A stretch of 64,000 bases of DNA from an uncultured Acidobacteriota bacterium. Lineage in GTDB: Bacteria > Acidobacteriota > Polarisedimenticolia > JACPZX01. The DNA lies in contig CAZMRF010000003.1 in the NCBI GenBank assembly GCA_964568735.1, positions 36,454-100,453 of the forward strand, in the 5' to 3' direction. The notes beneath the pieces are model-generated. The model saw nothing but the letters and a program-made list of their open reading frames with translations. It did not search any database and was not told the origin of the DNA. The translations under genes were made by a program, and so were the position numbers. Positions 43,404-52,315 of this stretch are shown in pieces (within the stretch, counting starts at the first letter, position 1; every line of letters begins with the position of its first letter).

Positions 43404-43859
43404 TCAGCGCCGCTTCTTGCTGCCCGCGAGCGCCCCATCCACCGACCAGCGGCCGCCGCCCGTGAATAACAGGATCACGGCAAGCCCGGCGGCGAGGATG
43501 TGGTACTCGTAGCCCTCGCCGGCCTGGGTGCCAGACCAGTTCATGAAGAAGCCGTTCGGGAAATGGGCCATCCGCACGGCGCCAATCATGATGGCGAGGA
43601 TCCCGAGCGCCGAGATCCTCGTCAGGAAGCCTGCGATCAGCCCTAGGGCTCCGGCCGATTCGGTCAGGATCACGAGGAGGGCCAGGATCCAGGGGATGCC
43701 GAGCTGCTCGGTGAAGAACCCCATGGTCCCCGAAAAGCCGTTACCGCCAAACCAGCCGAGCGTCTTCTGCAGGCCGTGGGGGAGCATGACCACGCCCAGA
43801 ACCAGCCGGGCGAACAGTCCCGCCCACGAGCCATCCGATTTGAGGATCAGCTGTTTCAT
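43404..43859 (-). CDS. DoxX-family membrane protein
   Basis: 151 aa from ATG 43857-43859 (MKQLILKSDGSWAGLFARLVLGVVMLPHGLQK...). Four TMs with DoxX-like 'LPHGxxK' and 'GLxExxGALGL' blocks. Confidence 0.7.
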   Translation of the reverse strand: MKQLILKSDGSWAGLFARLVLGVVMLPHGLQKTLGWFGGNGFSGTMGFFTEQLGIPWILALLVILTESAGALGLIAGFLTRISALGILAIMIGAVRMAHFPNGFFMNWSGTQAGEGYEYHILAAGLAVILLFTGGGRWSVDGALAGSKKRR

Positions 43860-44032
43860 GCCTTCAACTCCTCCAGCCAGGGGTTGGATGCCGAGACGGC
43901 AGCGCATGATACTCGGGGCGGACCCCGAACGCGGGGCCGGATTCTCTGCTACTCTGTGGCTCCCGCCCGCCGGGCAAGGCGTGACCGGAGCCGGTCGCGC
44001 CTCCCGCCCGCAATTGGGGCGGGCGACCCTTC

Positions 44033-44710
44033 ATGAAAAAAGGCCAGGTTTCCTTCGCCATCGCGGGCCTCATCTTCGGCTTCCTCGTGGGCTTCGTCGT
44101 GTCCCATCAGGTGTATGTGGGGAGGGGCGTCCCCGCCTTCGAGCACCCTCCGATGCCCGGCGGGATGACCGCGGGCGGGGGGCCGATGGGAGCGGGGTCG
44201 GCCGGACTCCGGGGCCAGGGTCAGGAGGGTGCGCCGGCGCCGGCGCCGGAAGGCGGGGCTCCCGACATGGCCACCATGGAGGGGGTCCAGAAGGAGATCG
44301 CCGGGCTCAAGGCGACTCTCGAGAAGGAGCCGCGGAACACCGAATCTCTCAGCCGTCTCGGGGACCTCTACTTCGACGCTGGCATGTTCGACGGGGCCAT
44401 CGGCTACTACGAGAAGGCGCTCGAGATCGAGCCGGGCAACGTCCTGGTGCGGACGGATCTGGGGACCTCTCTCCGGCGCACGGGCCACCCGGACCGGGCC
44501 ATGAAGGAGTTCGAGGCGGCCGTGCAGGCCGACCCGTCGCACTGGCGGGGCTGGTTCAACATCGGCGTCGTCGCCCTCTACGACCTCGGGCAGTACGATC
44601 GGGCCGAGGAGGCCTTCGCCAAAGTGGACGACCTGAACCCGGGCTCGATCGACATGACGGCCCTTCAGACGGAGATCAAGCGCGTGCGGGCCGAAGGAGC
44701 CGGCGGATGA
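44033..44710 (+). CDS. Membrane-anchored TPR-repeat protein (N-terminal TM, Gly/Pro/Ala-rich linker, 3-4 TPRs)
   Basis: MKKGQVSFAIAGLIFGFLVGFVV TM helix. TPR motifs 'LGDLYFDAGMFDGAIGYYEKALEIEPGN...'. Stop overlaps the aldolase start (ATGA). Confidence 0.7.
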   Translation: MKKGQVSFAIAGLIFGFLVGFVVSHQVYVGRGVPAFEHPPMPGGMTAGGGPMGAGSAGLRGQGQEGAPAPAPEGGAPDMATMEGVQKEIAGLKATLEKEPRNTESLSRLGDLYFDAGMFDGAIGYYEKALEIEPGNVLVRTDLGTSLRRTGHPDRAMKEFEAAVQADPSHWRGWFNIGVVALYDLGQYDRAEEAFAKVDDLNPGSIDMTALQTEIKRVRAEGAGG

Positions 44711-45492
44711 CCTCGCGCTCCGAGCACCAGCTCCGCAAGGACATCTGCGAGGTCGGCCGCCGCATGTACCAGAAGGGGTTCATCGCAGCCAACGACGGCA
44801 ACATCTCGGCGCGCATGGACAACGGCAACGTGCTCCTCACGCCCTCGGCGACGAACAAGGGACGGCTCGACGAGGAGGACCTGGTCGTCACCGACATGCA
44901 TGGAGTCCGCCTCTACGGCCGGAAGGAGCCCTCCAGCGAGCTTCCGATGCACCTCGTCGTCTACAGGGAGCGGCCCGACGTGAGGGCCGTCGTGCACGCC
45001 CACCCGCCCTACGCCACGGGATTCTCGGTGGCGGGAGTTCCACTCGACAAGCCTCTCATCTCCGAGGTCGTGCTCACGCTGGGCACCGTCCCGCTCGCGG
45101 AGTACGGAACGCCGACGACGCCGGAGCTCGCGGAGGCGATCGAGCCCTACGTGCGCGAGCACGACGCGATCCTGATGGCGAACCACGGCGCGATGACTTC
45201 GGGCCCCGATCTCTTCACGGCCTACGACCGGATGGAGACGCTGGACCATTTCGCGCACATCTGGCTCGTGGCCCGCATCATGGGCACGGAGCGATCGCTC
45301 TCCGCGGAAAACGTTGCCAAGCTCAAGGCTATCCGCGAGCGGACGCACTTCGAGCCGCCTGTGGATGCCTGCTTCACCTGTCCCATTCTCGATGAGAAGA
45401 TGAAGTCGGCCGGCGGCGGGAAGATCCAGCTCACGCGCGAGCAGCTCGTCGACCTCGTCGCCGACGTGGTCAGGGGCCTGGACGTTGCCTGA
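44707..45492 (+). CDS. Class II aldolase/adducin-family protein (L-fuculose-/rhamnulose-phosphate aldolase-like) with a C-terminal encapsulation-peptide-like extension
   Basis: '[18 protein letters not shown]', '[11 protein letters not shown]', 'ANHGAMTSG' (Zn-binding His of class II aldolases). About 45-aa C-terminal extension '[29 protein letters not shown]' (flexible linker plus amphipathic helix). The 654-aa track ORF 43528..45492 is an artefact. Confidence 0.85.
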   Translation: MTSRSEHQLRKDICEVGRRMYQKGFIAANDGNISARMDNGNVLLTPSATNKGRLDEEDLVVTDMHGVRLYGRKEPSSELPMHLVVYRERPDVRAVVHAHPPYATGFSVAGVPLDKPLISEVVLTLGTVPLAEYGTPTTPELAEAIEPYVREHDAILMANHGAMTSGPDLFTAYDRMETLDHFAHIWLVARIMGTERSLSAENVAKLKAIRERTHFEPPVDACFTCPILDEKMKSAGGGKIQLTREQLVDLVADVVRGLDVA

Positions 45493-45524
45493 GGATCCTC
45501 ATGAAGGATAAGGAAGGAGCCGTA

Positions 45525-45809
45525 ATGGGCGAAGCGCTGGGTATGGTGGAGACCCGCGGCCTCGTGGCGATGATCGAGGCCGCGGACGCGATGGTGAAGG
45601 CGGCGAAGGTCACCCTGGTCGGCTACGAGAAGATCGGGTCGGGCCTCGTAACGGTCCTGGTCCGGGGCGACGTCGCGGCGTGCAAGGCCGCGACGGACGC
45701 CGGCGCGGCCGCGGCTCGCAAGGTCGGAGAGCTCGTCTCCGTCCACGTGATCCCGAGGCCTCACGCCAGCCTCGAGGACAGGCTTCCCATCGGGAAGACC
45801 GCGAGGTAG
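45525..45809 (+). CDS. Bacterial microcompartment hexamer shell protein (BMC-H; PduA/EutM/CcmK family)
   Basis: [80 protein letters not shown], very similar to PduA. GGAAGGAG RBS 6 nt upstream of ATG 45525 (the track ORF starts at 45501). Confidence 0.9.
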   Translation: MGEALGMVETRGLVAMIEAADAMVKAAKVTLVGYEKIGSGLVTVLVRGDVAACKAATDAGAAAARKVGELVSVHVIPRPHASLEDRLPIGKTAR

Positions 45810-45845
45810 CCCGGCGGACGGGCGGCTCGCGAGCGCAGGTCCCGA

Positions 45846-46136
45846 ATGTTTCTGGCCCGGGTTGTCGGAACGGTCGTCGCCACGCGGAAGGACGACCGCC
45901 TCGAAGGGTGCAAGCTGCTGGTCGTCCAGCCTGTCGACGAGACGGGCAAGGACGAGGGGCGGTGCGTGGTTGCTGTGGACACGGTCTCGGCCGGCAACCG
46001 CGAGGTGGTCCTCGTCGTCAGCGGATCTTCGGCGCGCATGACCACGCGCACGAAAGACTCCCCGGTGGATGCCGCCATCGTGGGCATCGTGGACACCGTC
46101 GCGATCGACGATGCGGCTCCATGGGGCACGCCGTGA
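45846..46136 (+). CDS. BMC vertex pentamer protein (BMC-P; EutN/CcmL/PduN family), paralog 1
   Basis: MFLARVVGTVVATRKDDRLEGCKLLVVQP...VVAVDTVSAGNREVVLVVSGSSAR...AIVGIVD, canonical EutN/CcmL fold signature. Confidence 0.85.
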   Translation: MFLARVVGTVVATRKDDRLEGCKLLVVQPVDETGKDEGRCVVAVDTVSAGNREVVLVVSGSSARMTTRTKDSPVDAAIVGIVDTVAIDDAAPWGTP

Positions 46137-46429
46137 ACCTCGGCCGCGTCGTGGGCCGCGTCGTCTCCAGTCATAAAGATGCCGGCCTGACCGGCCGGAA
46201 GATCCTGATCATCCAGCCGCTCGGCGCGGATCTCTCCGCGCGGGGGTCGACCATCGTCGCCGCCGACGCGGTGGGGGCCGGGGCGGGTGAGACGGTCATC
46301 TGGGTGCGGGGCCGCGAGGCCGCCCATGCCTTCCTGCCCGACGAGGTGCCTGTGGATGCGGGCGTCGTCGGGATCGTGGACGAGGCCTACGTGGACGAGA
46401 GCGCAGGCAGGCGGAGCCCATCGCGGTGA
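46133..46429 (+). CDS. BMC-P vertex protein, paralog 2
   Basis: (V/M)NLGRVVGRVVSSHKDAGLTGRKILIIQP...IVAADAVGAGAGETVIWVRGREAA...GVVGIVD. GTG 46133 overlaps the paralog-1 stop (GTGA); an alternative ATG at 46121 would add MGHA. Confidence 0.8.
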   Translation: MNLGRVVGRVVSSHKDAGLTGRKILIIQPLGADLSARGSTIVAADAVGAGAGETVIWVRGREAAHAFLPDEVPVDAGVVGIVDEAYVDESAGRRSPSR

Positions 46430-46716
46430 TCCTCGCACGGGTCATCGGCAACGTCGTCGCCACCAGGAAGCACGACGCCTTCCACTCCTTCAAGCTCATG
46501 CTCGTGCGCCCCGTGGGTGTTGACGGCGGCGACGCCGGCGACGAGTTCATGGCGGCGGACGGCGTGGGGGCCGGGCCCGGGGAGACGGTCCTCGTCGTGG
46601 TGGAGGGGCGGTCGGCGGGCCAGGCCCTCCGCAAGGAGCGGGCGCCGCTCGATGCCGCCATCGTCGGGATTGTCGATCGGATCGACTGCGACACCCAGGA
46701 GCATCGCCGGCCATGA
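46426..46716 (+). CDS. BMC-P vertex protein, paralog 3
   Basis: (V/M)ILARVIGNVVATRKHDAFHSFKLMLVRP...FMAADGVGAGPGETVLVVVEGRSAGQ...AIVGIVD. GTG start overlapping the previous stop (GTGA). Confidence 0.85.
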   Translation: MILARVIGNVVATRKHDAFHSFKLMLVRPVGVDGGDAGDEFMAADGVGAGPGETVLVVVEGRSAGQALRKERAPLDAAIVGIVDRIDCDTQEHRRP

Positions 46717-46752
46717 CCCCCATCGGCCAGGGAGCCGGATCCTCGTGCTGCG

Positions 46753-47097
46753 ATGAGAATGAAGCTCGGCACGTTGCCTGACGGGCGCAGGCCGCCAGGT
46801 GCCGGGGAGCTCATCCCCCCCGGCTGGGTCGGCCTCCCCGCGGACGGGAAGGAGGCCGCCGGCGCCGCGCGCCGCGAGGAGCCCGCCGCCGGGGCTGCGC
46901 GCGATCGGATCGCGCGGGCGCTCGGGGAGGCGCTGGCGCCCGGCGTCATGCCGGCGCGCTCCGTGATAGCTTCGATCGACTCCGCCGTGCGCGAGCACGT
47001 GAGCCCCATCACTCCATGGGGTGAGCGCTCTGCCTGCATCATCGAGCCCGGCAAGCCCTGCCGCGGAAGCGGGCGCTGCCGGGAAAGAGGGTACTGA
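46753..47097 (+). CDS. Hypothetical small protein (114 aa) between the BMC-P genes and the large TPR gene
   Basis: ORF only. Pro/Ala/Arg-rich N-half and a Cys-containing tail (ACIIEPGKPCRGSGRC). Codon usage is weakly protein-like. Stop is 6 nt before the next ATG. Confidence 0.3.
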   Translation: MRMKLGTLPDGRRPPGAGELIPPGWVGLPADGKEAAGAARREEPAAGAARDRIARALGEALAPGVMPARSVIASIDSAVREHVSPITPWGERSACIIEPGKPCRGSGRCRERGY

Positions 47098-47102
47098 CGA
47101 GG

Positions 47103-49181
47103 ATGGACGACAAGCGAATCCAGAGTCTCCTGGAGCTGGCGGGATCCGAGTACAACCAGGGGAAGTACGCCGAGGCCATCGAGCACTGGCAGGAGATCCT
47201 GAGCCTGGATCCCGAGAACCAGAAGGCCCGCGAGGGGATTCGCATGGCGAAGCTCCTCGTCGTGAACTGGGAGTCGTCCCAGGCCGGCGGGGAGGAGCTG
47301 ATGCTCGATACCGGGGGCGTCGACCCGGAGACGCAGCAGAAGATCGAGTTCGGGATCGCGCGCGTCAGGGAGCTCCTGACCTCGGGACGCCACAAGGAGG
47401 CGATGGAAGGCTGCCAGCTCCTCGCCGAGCTCGCGCCGGGGATGCCCTCCGTCACTCAGCTCCAGGAGGAGATTGCCCACGCGATCGAGGTGCAGCCCTA
47501 CATCGGGGAGCATCTCGGGCGGGCGCGCAAGCTGATCGCCGCCGGCAAGGGAGGCGAGGCCGTAGAGGAGGCCCGGAAGGTCCTCTCGGTGGATCCAGGA
47601 AACCCCGAGGCGCAGGGCATCGTCAGCAAGGGGCGCGGAACGGCTGCGCCCGGGGCGAGCCCCTCCGCCTTCGACAAGGAGGGCCATCCCGCGCCGCCTT
47701 CACCCTTCGCGGGGAGCAGCAAGGCCGACGAGATGATGGCGAGCATGGACCTCGGGCAGCACGGGGGAGGGCGCGCAGGCGACGCGGCCGGCGAGGAATC
47801 GCCCATCGAGATGGAGTTCGAGGAGGTCAGCTCGCACGCCCCCTCGCCGGGAGCCGGGAGCGACGGAAAGGTGGCCCGCATGCTGGAGCAGGGGCGCGGG
47901 CTCTTCGCCCAGAAGAAGTACCAGGAGGCCATCGATGTCTGGTCGCGGGTCTTCACCCTCGACGAATCGAACGTCGAGGCGGGCAACCTGATCGACCAGG
48001 CCAATGCCCGCATCGCCGAGATCGTCAGCAAGGTCGAGGACGCGATGTACCGGGCGCAGGACCAGGTCGATGCCGGGAATCTGGCGGGCGCCAAGAAAGT
48101 CTTCGAGGAGGTTCTCTCCATCCAGCCCGGGAACCGGGAAGCCCTCGACAGGATCGCGAAGATCGACGAGCAGCTCTCGGGGCCCGACCTCGGCGAGGCC
48201 ATCCCGATGGCGGCCAGCCAGCCGGGGACGGGCGCGGAGGCCGCGCCGGAGGCCGGAGCCGGAGAACGAGCCGGCAAGTCCCAGTCCTCGGAGGCTTTCC
48301 GTGCGGCTCCCGGAATTCGAGCCGCCTCACCGCAGCGAGCCGCCTCGTCGTCGGGCGCGGCGGGGATCTTCAAGAAGAAGCCCGTCGTCCCCATACCGCC
48401 TGCGGGCGGGTCGGGCCGCACCGCCGTCGTCTCAGCGCTCGTGGTGATCGTCCTCGGTGGAGCGGCGGCCGGCTGGTGGTTCCTCATGGGCACGGGAGCG
48501 GAGGCGCCTGAAGAGATCGGGCCGCCACCCGAAGCCTCGGCCGGGCTGCCTGGGGCCACGCCGACCACCAAGGAACCCGAAAAGCCGGGCTCCGCCGCCG
48601 GCCCCGGATCGGCCGAGGCAGGAGTCGCGCCGCAGCAGAAGCAGCCGGCCCAGCCCGCCGATCCTGCCGCCGTGCAGAAACAGATCGCCTCCTTGATGAG
48701 AGAGGGGAGAGATCTCCTGGGGCAGAAGCAGTACACCGAGGCACATTCCCGCTTCAAGGAGGTTCTCGCTCTCGATGTCTCCAACTTCGACGCGGAAGAG
48801 CTGCGGCTGAAGGCCTCGGCGGGAATGGCCGAGGAGGCCCGCTTCAACAAGGATCTCGAGTCGGCCAGGGCCGCCTTCGAGGATCAGGACTGGGCTTCGT
48901 CGCTCTACAAGCTCTACAGGCTGCAGCAGGAGCGCGAGGACATGACCATCCTCAAGCGCTACATCGCGAATGCGAACCACAACTGGGGTGTGCAGGATCT
49001 GGAGGCGTTCCGCCTGACGGAAGCGCTCGAGCACTTCCAGGACGCTCTGGAGCAGCTTCCTGACGACCGGGCGACCCAGCAACACATCAACGTCGTGCAG
49101 CGCTACGAGAAGCGCCGGCGCGATCCCGCCTTCGACGCCTACATCGCCAAGCTGAAGCTGAGGGCCCTCGACGCGCGCTGA
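47103..49181 (+). CDS. Large TPR-repeat protein with a central transmembrane helix (692 aa)
   Basis: N-terminal TPRs (YNQGKYAEAIEHWQEILSLDPEN...), an acidic/Pro-Ala-rich low-complexity region, a TM segment 'TAVVSALVVIVLGGAAAGWWFLMG', then C-terminal TPR/coiled-coil repeats. AGGATGG start context. Confidence 0.7.
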   Translation: MDDKRIQSLLELAGSEYNQGKYAEAIEHWQEILSLDPENQKAREGIRMAKLLVVNWESSQAGGEELMLDTGGVDPETQQKIEFGIARVRELLTSGRHKEAMEGCQLLAELAPGMPSVTQLQEEIAHAIEVQPYIGEHLGRARKLIAAGKGGEAVEEARKVLSVDPGNPEAQGIVSKGRGTAAPGASPSAFDKEGHPAPPSPFAGSSKADEMMASMDLGQHGGGRAGDAAGEESPIEMEFEEVSSHAPSPGAGSDGKVARMLEQGRGLFAQKKYQEAIDVWSRVFTLDESNVEAGNLIDQANARIAEIVSKVEDAMYRAQDQVDAGNLAGAKKVFEEVLSIQPGNREALDRIAKIDEQLSGPDLGEAIPMAASQPGTGAEAAPEAGAGERAGKSQSSEAFRAAPGIRAASPQRAASSSGAAGIFKKKPVVPIPPAGGSGRTAVVSALVVIVLGGAAAGWWFLMGTGAEAPEEIGPPPEASAGLPGATPTTKEPEKPGSAAGPGSAEAGVAPQQKQPAQPADPAAVQKQIASLMREGRDLLGQKQYTEAHSRFKEVLALDVSNFDAEELRLKASAGMAEEARFNKDLESARAAFEDQDWASSLYKLYRLQQEREDMTILKRYIANANHNWGVQDLEAFRLTEALEHFQDALEQLPDDRATQQHINVVQRYEKRRRDPAFDAYIAKLKLRALDAR

Positions 49182-49192
49182 TCCGGACGTTG

Positions 49193-50803
49193 TCAGTGGC
49201 GGAAGTGGCGGCGCCCCGTGAAGACCATGGCCATGCCATGCTCGTCGGCGGCGGCGATGACCTCGGCGTCGCGGGTCGAGCCGCCGGGCTGAATGACGGC
49301 GGCCACGCCGCTCGAGGCGGCGGCATCCACCCCGTCCCGGAAGGGAAAGAAGGCGTCCGACGCCATCACGGTGCCAACAAGCCCTTCGCTCGCCTTCATG
49401 ACGCCTATCCGGGCGGAGTCCACCCGGCTCATCTGGCCGGCCCCGATCCCGATGGTGCGCGTCCCCCGGACGTAGACGATGGCATTGGACTTCACGTGGC
49501 GGCTCACGCGCCACGCGAAGAGGAGCGACCGCATCTCCTCCTCCGCCGGCTGCCTGCGCGTCACCGTCTTGAACGAGGCCGGGCTCTCCGTGATGCGATC
49601 CCGGTCCTGCACGAGGAGGCCGCCATGGACCCGCCGGAGGTCCCAGCCCGTCGCGGGGCGAGGGGGCCCTCCCGCATCCATCAGCCTGAGGTTCTTCCTG
49701 CCCCGGAGCAGGTCGAGGGCGCCCGGGTCGAAGCCGGGCGCGATGATCACTTCCAGGAAGAGCGAGGCGATCTCGGCGGCGGTCGCGGGGTCCACGGCAC
49801 GGTTCGTGGCAACGATGCCTCCGAAGGCCGACGTGGGGTCGCAGTCGCGCGCCTGCCGGTAGGCCTCGAGCAGCGTGGGCGCCGTGGCAGCGCCCGAGGG
49901 CGTGTTGTGCTTCACGACGACACAGGCGATCTCGTCGAACTCGGCGACGGCCGCCCAGGCGGAGTCCATGTCGAGGACGTTGTTGAAGGAGAGATCCTTC
50001 CCCTGGATCTGCGTCGCGGTGACGGGGCCCGACGGGGGAGAGCCGCCGGGCGGGGTCTCCGACGGGTCCGAGTAGAGAACGGCGCCCTGGTGGCTGTTCT
50101 CCCCGTAGCGCAGCTCGCGCTTCCGCCGCAGCCCGAGCGTGAGCAGCGCAGGGAAGCGGCCGGGAGGAGTGGGCCCGTCGTCGAGAGCCATGTCCCCCTC
50201 CGAGCGCCTCCTGAAGTAGTCGGCGATCCGGGAGTCGTAGTAGGCCGTGTGGGCGAAGGCGCGCGCGGCCAGCCTGCGGCGAGTGGGCTCGCTGACTTCC
50301 CCCCGGCTCTCGATCTCGTCCATCACGTCGCCGTAGTCGTCGGGATCCGTGAGAACGACGACGTCCTCATGGTTCTTCGCGGCGGATCGAATCATCGAAG
50401 GTCCGCCGATGTCGATCATCTCGACGACCGCGGCGGAGTCATCGGCCTTGCGGGCCAGCGTCTCCTCGAAGGGGTACAGGTTTACCACGACGAGGTCGAT
50501 CGGGACGAGGCCCTGGCGGCTCAGCTCGGACATGTGGGAGGGCTCGTCCCTGCGGGCCAGGATGCCGCCATGGATGGCGGGGTGGAGAGTCTTGACGCGC
50601 CCGTCGAGGATCTCGGGGGATCCGGTGTGCTCCGAGACCTGCTTCACAGGGACTCCCGCCTCGCTCAGAGCCGCCGCGGTGCCGCCCGTCGAGAGAATCT
50701 CGATGCCCTGCCTGTGCAGCGCCCGCCCCAGCTCGGCCAGACCCCGCTTGTCGTAGACGCTGATCAGCGCGCGTTCAATCCTTCGAGGCTTCTTTTTGTC
50801 CAT
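49193..50803 (-). CDS. purH: Bifunctional AICAR transformylase / IMP cyclohydrolase
   Basis: [43 protein letters not shown]... (MGS-like IMPCH domain) and a C-terminal AICARFT domain (...GGIVATNR...). Confidence 0.9.
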   Translation of the reverse strand: MDKKKPRRIERALISVYDKRGLAELGRALHRQGIEILSTGGTAAALSEAGVPVKQVSEHTGSPEILDGRVKTLHPAIHGGILARRDEPSHMSELSRQGLVPIDLVVVNLYPFEETLARKADDSAAVVEMIDIGGPSMIRSAAKNHEDVVVLTDPDDYGDVMDEIESRGEVSEPTRRRLAARAFAHTAYYDSRIADYFRRRSEGDMALDDGPTPPGRFPALLTLGLRRKRELRYGENSHQGAVLYSDPSETPPGGSPPSGPVTATQIQGKDLSFNNVLDMDSAWAAVAEFDEIACVVVKHNTPSGAATAPTLLEAYRQARDCDPTSAFGGIVATNRAVDPATAAEIASLFLEVIIAPGFDPGALDLLRGRKNLRLMDAGGPPRPATGWDLRRVHGGLLVQDRDRITESPASFKTVTRRQPAEEEMRSLLFAWRVSRHVKSNAIVYVRGTRTIGIGAGQMSRVDSARIGVMKASEGLVGTVMASDAFFPFRDGVDAAASSGVAAVIQPGGSTRDAEVIAAADEHGMAMVFTGRRHFRH

Positions 50804-51656
50804 GAGGGCTTGCGGGTGCGTTCGCCTCTCCTTGCTTCGCCGCCTGCGTGCCGTCCGGATCCTCCCACCGGAGGTGGGGCGTGCCGGTCAGATCTCCGCG
50901 GGCAGAGCGCCAGACGTGCAGCCACGCGCGGGCGATGTTCGTGACGCCCCGAGAGTAGCAGAGGGATGCAACCCCGAAGGGTATCGAGCGCACGTCGAAG
51001 GAGGTGCTGGAGCCTCCCGACAGCCCGTAGGCTCTCGCGAGGTGCGCGTAGTAGCGCCTGGCCTCCCCCGCCGCCGCCTGCCCCTCCGCCTCGAGGCTCT
51101 CGAAGGGCGCGGGAACGGCGAGAACGGCCTCCGCCGCCTTGAGAACCGGGTAGCCGTAGAAGACCACGGGGAATCTGTCGAGGTTCTGCTCGGCGTAGGA
51201 GGCGTAGTCTCTCGTGAAGAGCGCGGCGGTGCCCTCGGGCGAGGTGAGCGTCGGGTCGCTCAGGTCGGCGGCGAAGTGGGCGAGGAGCCCGAGGTAGTAG
51301 GCAATCTCCCTCATGGGCCGGTGGGCGCCCATCGCCTCCACCGCCCGGCGCTCGACGGCCGCGAGCGCAGCCGCCGCCCCCGCGCCAGGCGTATCGCCAT
51401 CCTGGCGGTGGTGAGGCTGCCCTTCGAAGCTCTCTCCGAGGGCCAGACCCTCGATGAGCTCGGCGGCGTGGCGCTCGAGGATCCGGGCCAGGGCGGGAGG
51501 CGCGATCTTGAGCGCGTCCTGCACCATCTTCCGGCGGACCACGGAGGACCAGATGCTCGGCCCGGCCGCCTGGGGATGGGCGAGTTCCTCTCCGGACGCA
51601 GCCACCGGGAGGGCCGCGAGGAACAGGACGGCGGCGCAGGCGGCCCGAGTCCTCAC
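50775..51656 (-). CDS. Secreted hypothetical protein (293 aa)
   Basis: Signal peptide MRTRAACAAVLFLAALPVAASG. Ala-rich. 29-nt overlap with the purH start. No recognisable catalytic motif. Confidence 0.5.
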   Translation of the reverse strand: MRTRAACAAVLFLAALPVAASGEELAHPQAAGPSIWSSVVRRKMVQDALKIAPPALARILERHAAELIEGLALGESFEGQPHHRQDGDTPGAGAAAALAAVERRAVEAMGAHRPMREIAYYLGLLAHFAADLSDPTLTSPEGTAALFTRDYASYAEQNLDRFPVVFYGYPVLKAAEAVLAVPAPFESLEAEGQAAAGEARRYYAHLARAYGLSGGSSTSFDVRSIPFGVASLCYSRGVTNIARAWLHVWRSARGDLTGTPHLRWEDPDGTQAAKQGEANAPASPHGQKEASKD

Positions 51657-51685
51657 GCGGGCAGGCTCCGTGACGGGGCCAACAG

Positions 51686-52315
51686 CTACTCGGGCATGGC
51701 CTCGAGCGGCAGGGCCATGTTGCCCTCCTCCTCGAGGTAGCGGCGCAGGCGGACCACCATGAGATGCCGGTTGTTGACGACCTGGGGGTTGACCTCCGCG
51801 TTCAGGAGATTCGGCTGGAGGGAGACCGCCTTGAGGTACATCTCGATCGCCTCGTCGTAATCCCCCTCGTCGTCGTGGATCACGCCCATGTTGTACCAGG
51901 CCAGGGCATAGCGGGGGTTGGCGTCGGTGGACTTGCGGAAGGCGCTCATGGCGTCGCCGGGGCGGCCCAGCTTCATGTAGGCGGTGCCCAGGTTGTTCCA
52001 GGCGATGTAGGAGGCCGGGTCGAGCTTGAGGGTCTTCTTGTACTCCGCCACGGCCTCCTCCATCCAGTTCCTCAGGACGTAGAGGTTCGCGAGGTTGTTG
52101 TGCAGTGCCGGGTTGTCGGGCTCCGTGGCGAGCCTCAACCGGTAAGTGACGACCGGATCGCGTGCAGCGTTCTCGTCGAAGAGCGAATCGGCGCTGACCA
52201 CGACAGCCTCGGAGCCGTCGGTGACCGGGCGCACCTCCCTGCCGGAGGAGCAGCCGGGAATGACGGCGAGGATGAGAAGGGCAGCGAGACGGGAGCCTGC
52301 GAGCCTGGCGGTCAT
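51686..52315 (-). CDS. TPR-repeat lipoprotein
   Basis: ATG 52313-52315 (MTARLAGSRLAALLILAVIPGCSSG lipobox). TPRs 'LANLYVLRNWMEEAVAEYKKTLKLDPASYIAWNNLGTAYMKLGRPGDAMSAFRKS...'. Confidence 0.65.
   Translation of the reverse strand: MTARLAGSRLAALLILAVIPGCSSGREVRPVTDGSEAVVVSADSLFDENAARDPVVTYRLRLATEPDNPALHNNLANLYVLRNWMEEAVAEYKKTLKLDPASYIAWNNLGTAYMKLGRPGDAMSAFRKSTDANPRYALAWYNMGVIHDDEGDYDEAIEMYLKAVSLQPNLLNAEVNPQVVNNRHLMVVRLRRYLEEEGNMALPLEAMPE

Noticed and set aside
43528-45492. 654-aa plus-strand ORF covering DoxX antisense, the TPR gene and the aldolase
   Set aside because: Frame is only meaningful from ATG 44707 (aldolase). The upstream part is antisense to DoxX or out of frame with the TPR gene.
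45680-46429. 249-aa ORF with Arg-rich N-terminus ending in the BMC-P paralog 2 sequence
   Set aside because: N-terminal 150 codons are an out-of-frame read through BMC-H and BMC-P1. The real gene starts at GTG 46133 or ATG 46121.
46753-47097. Tempting to call the 114-aa ORF after the BMC-P genes a BMC-associated small protein (EutJ-like or PduV-like)
   Set aside because: No recognisable motif. The composition is borderline and it could be a non-coding spacer. Kept only as a low-confidence hypothetical.
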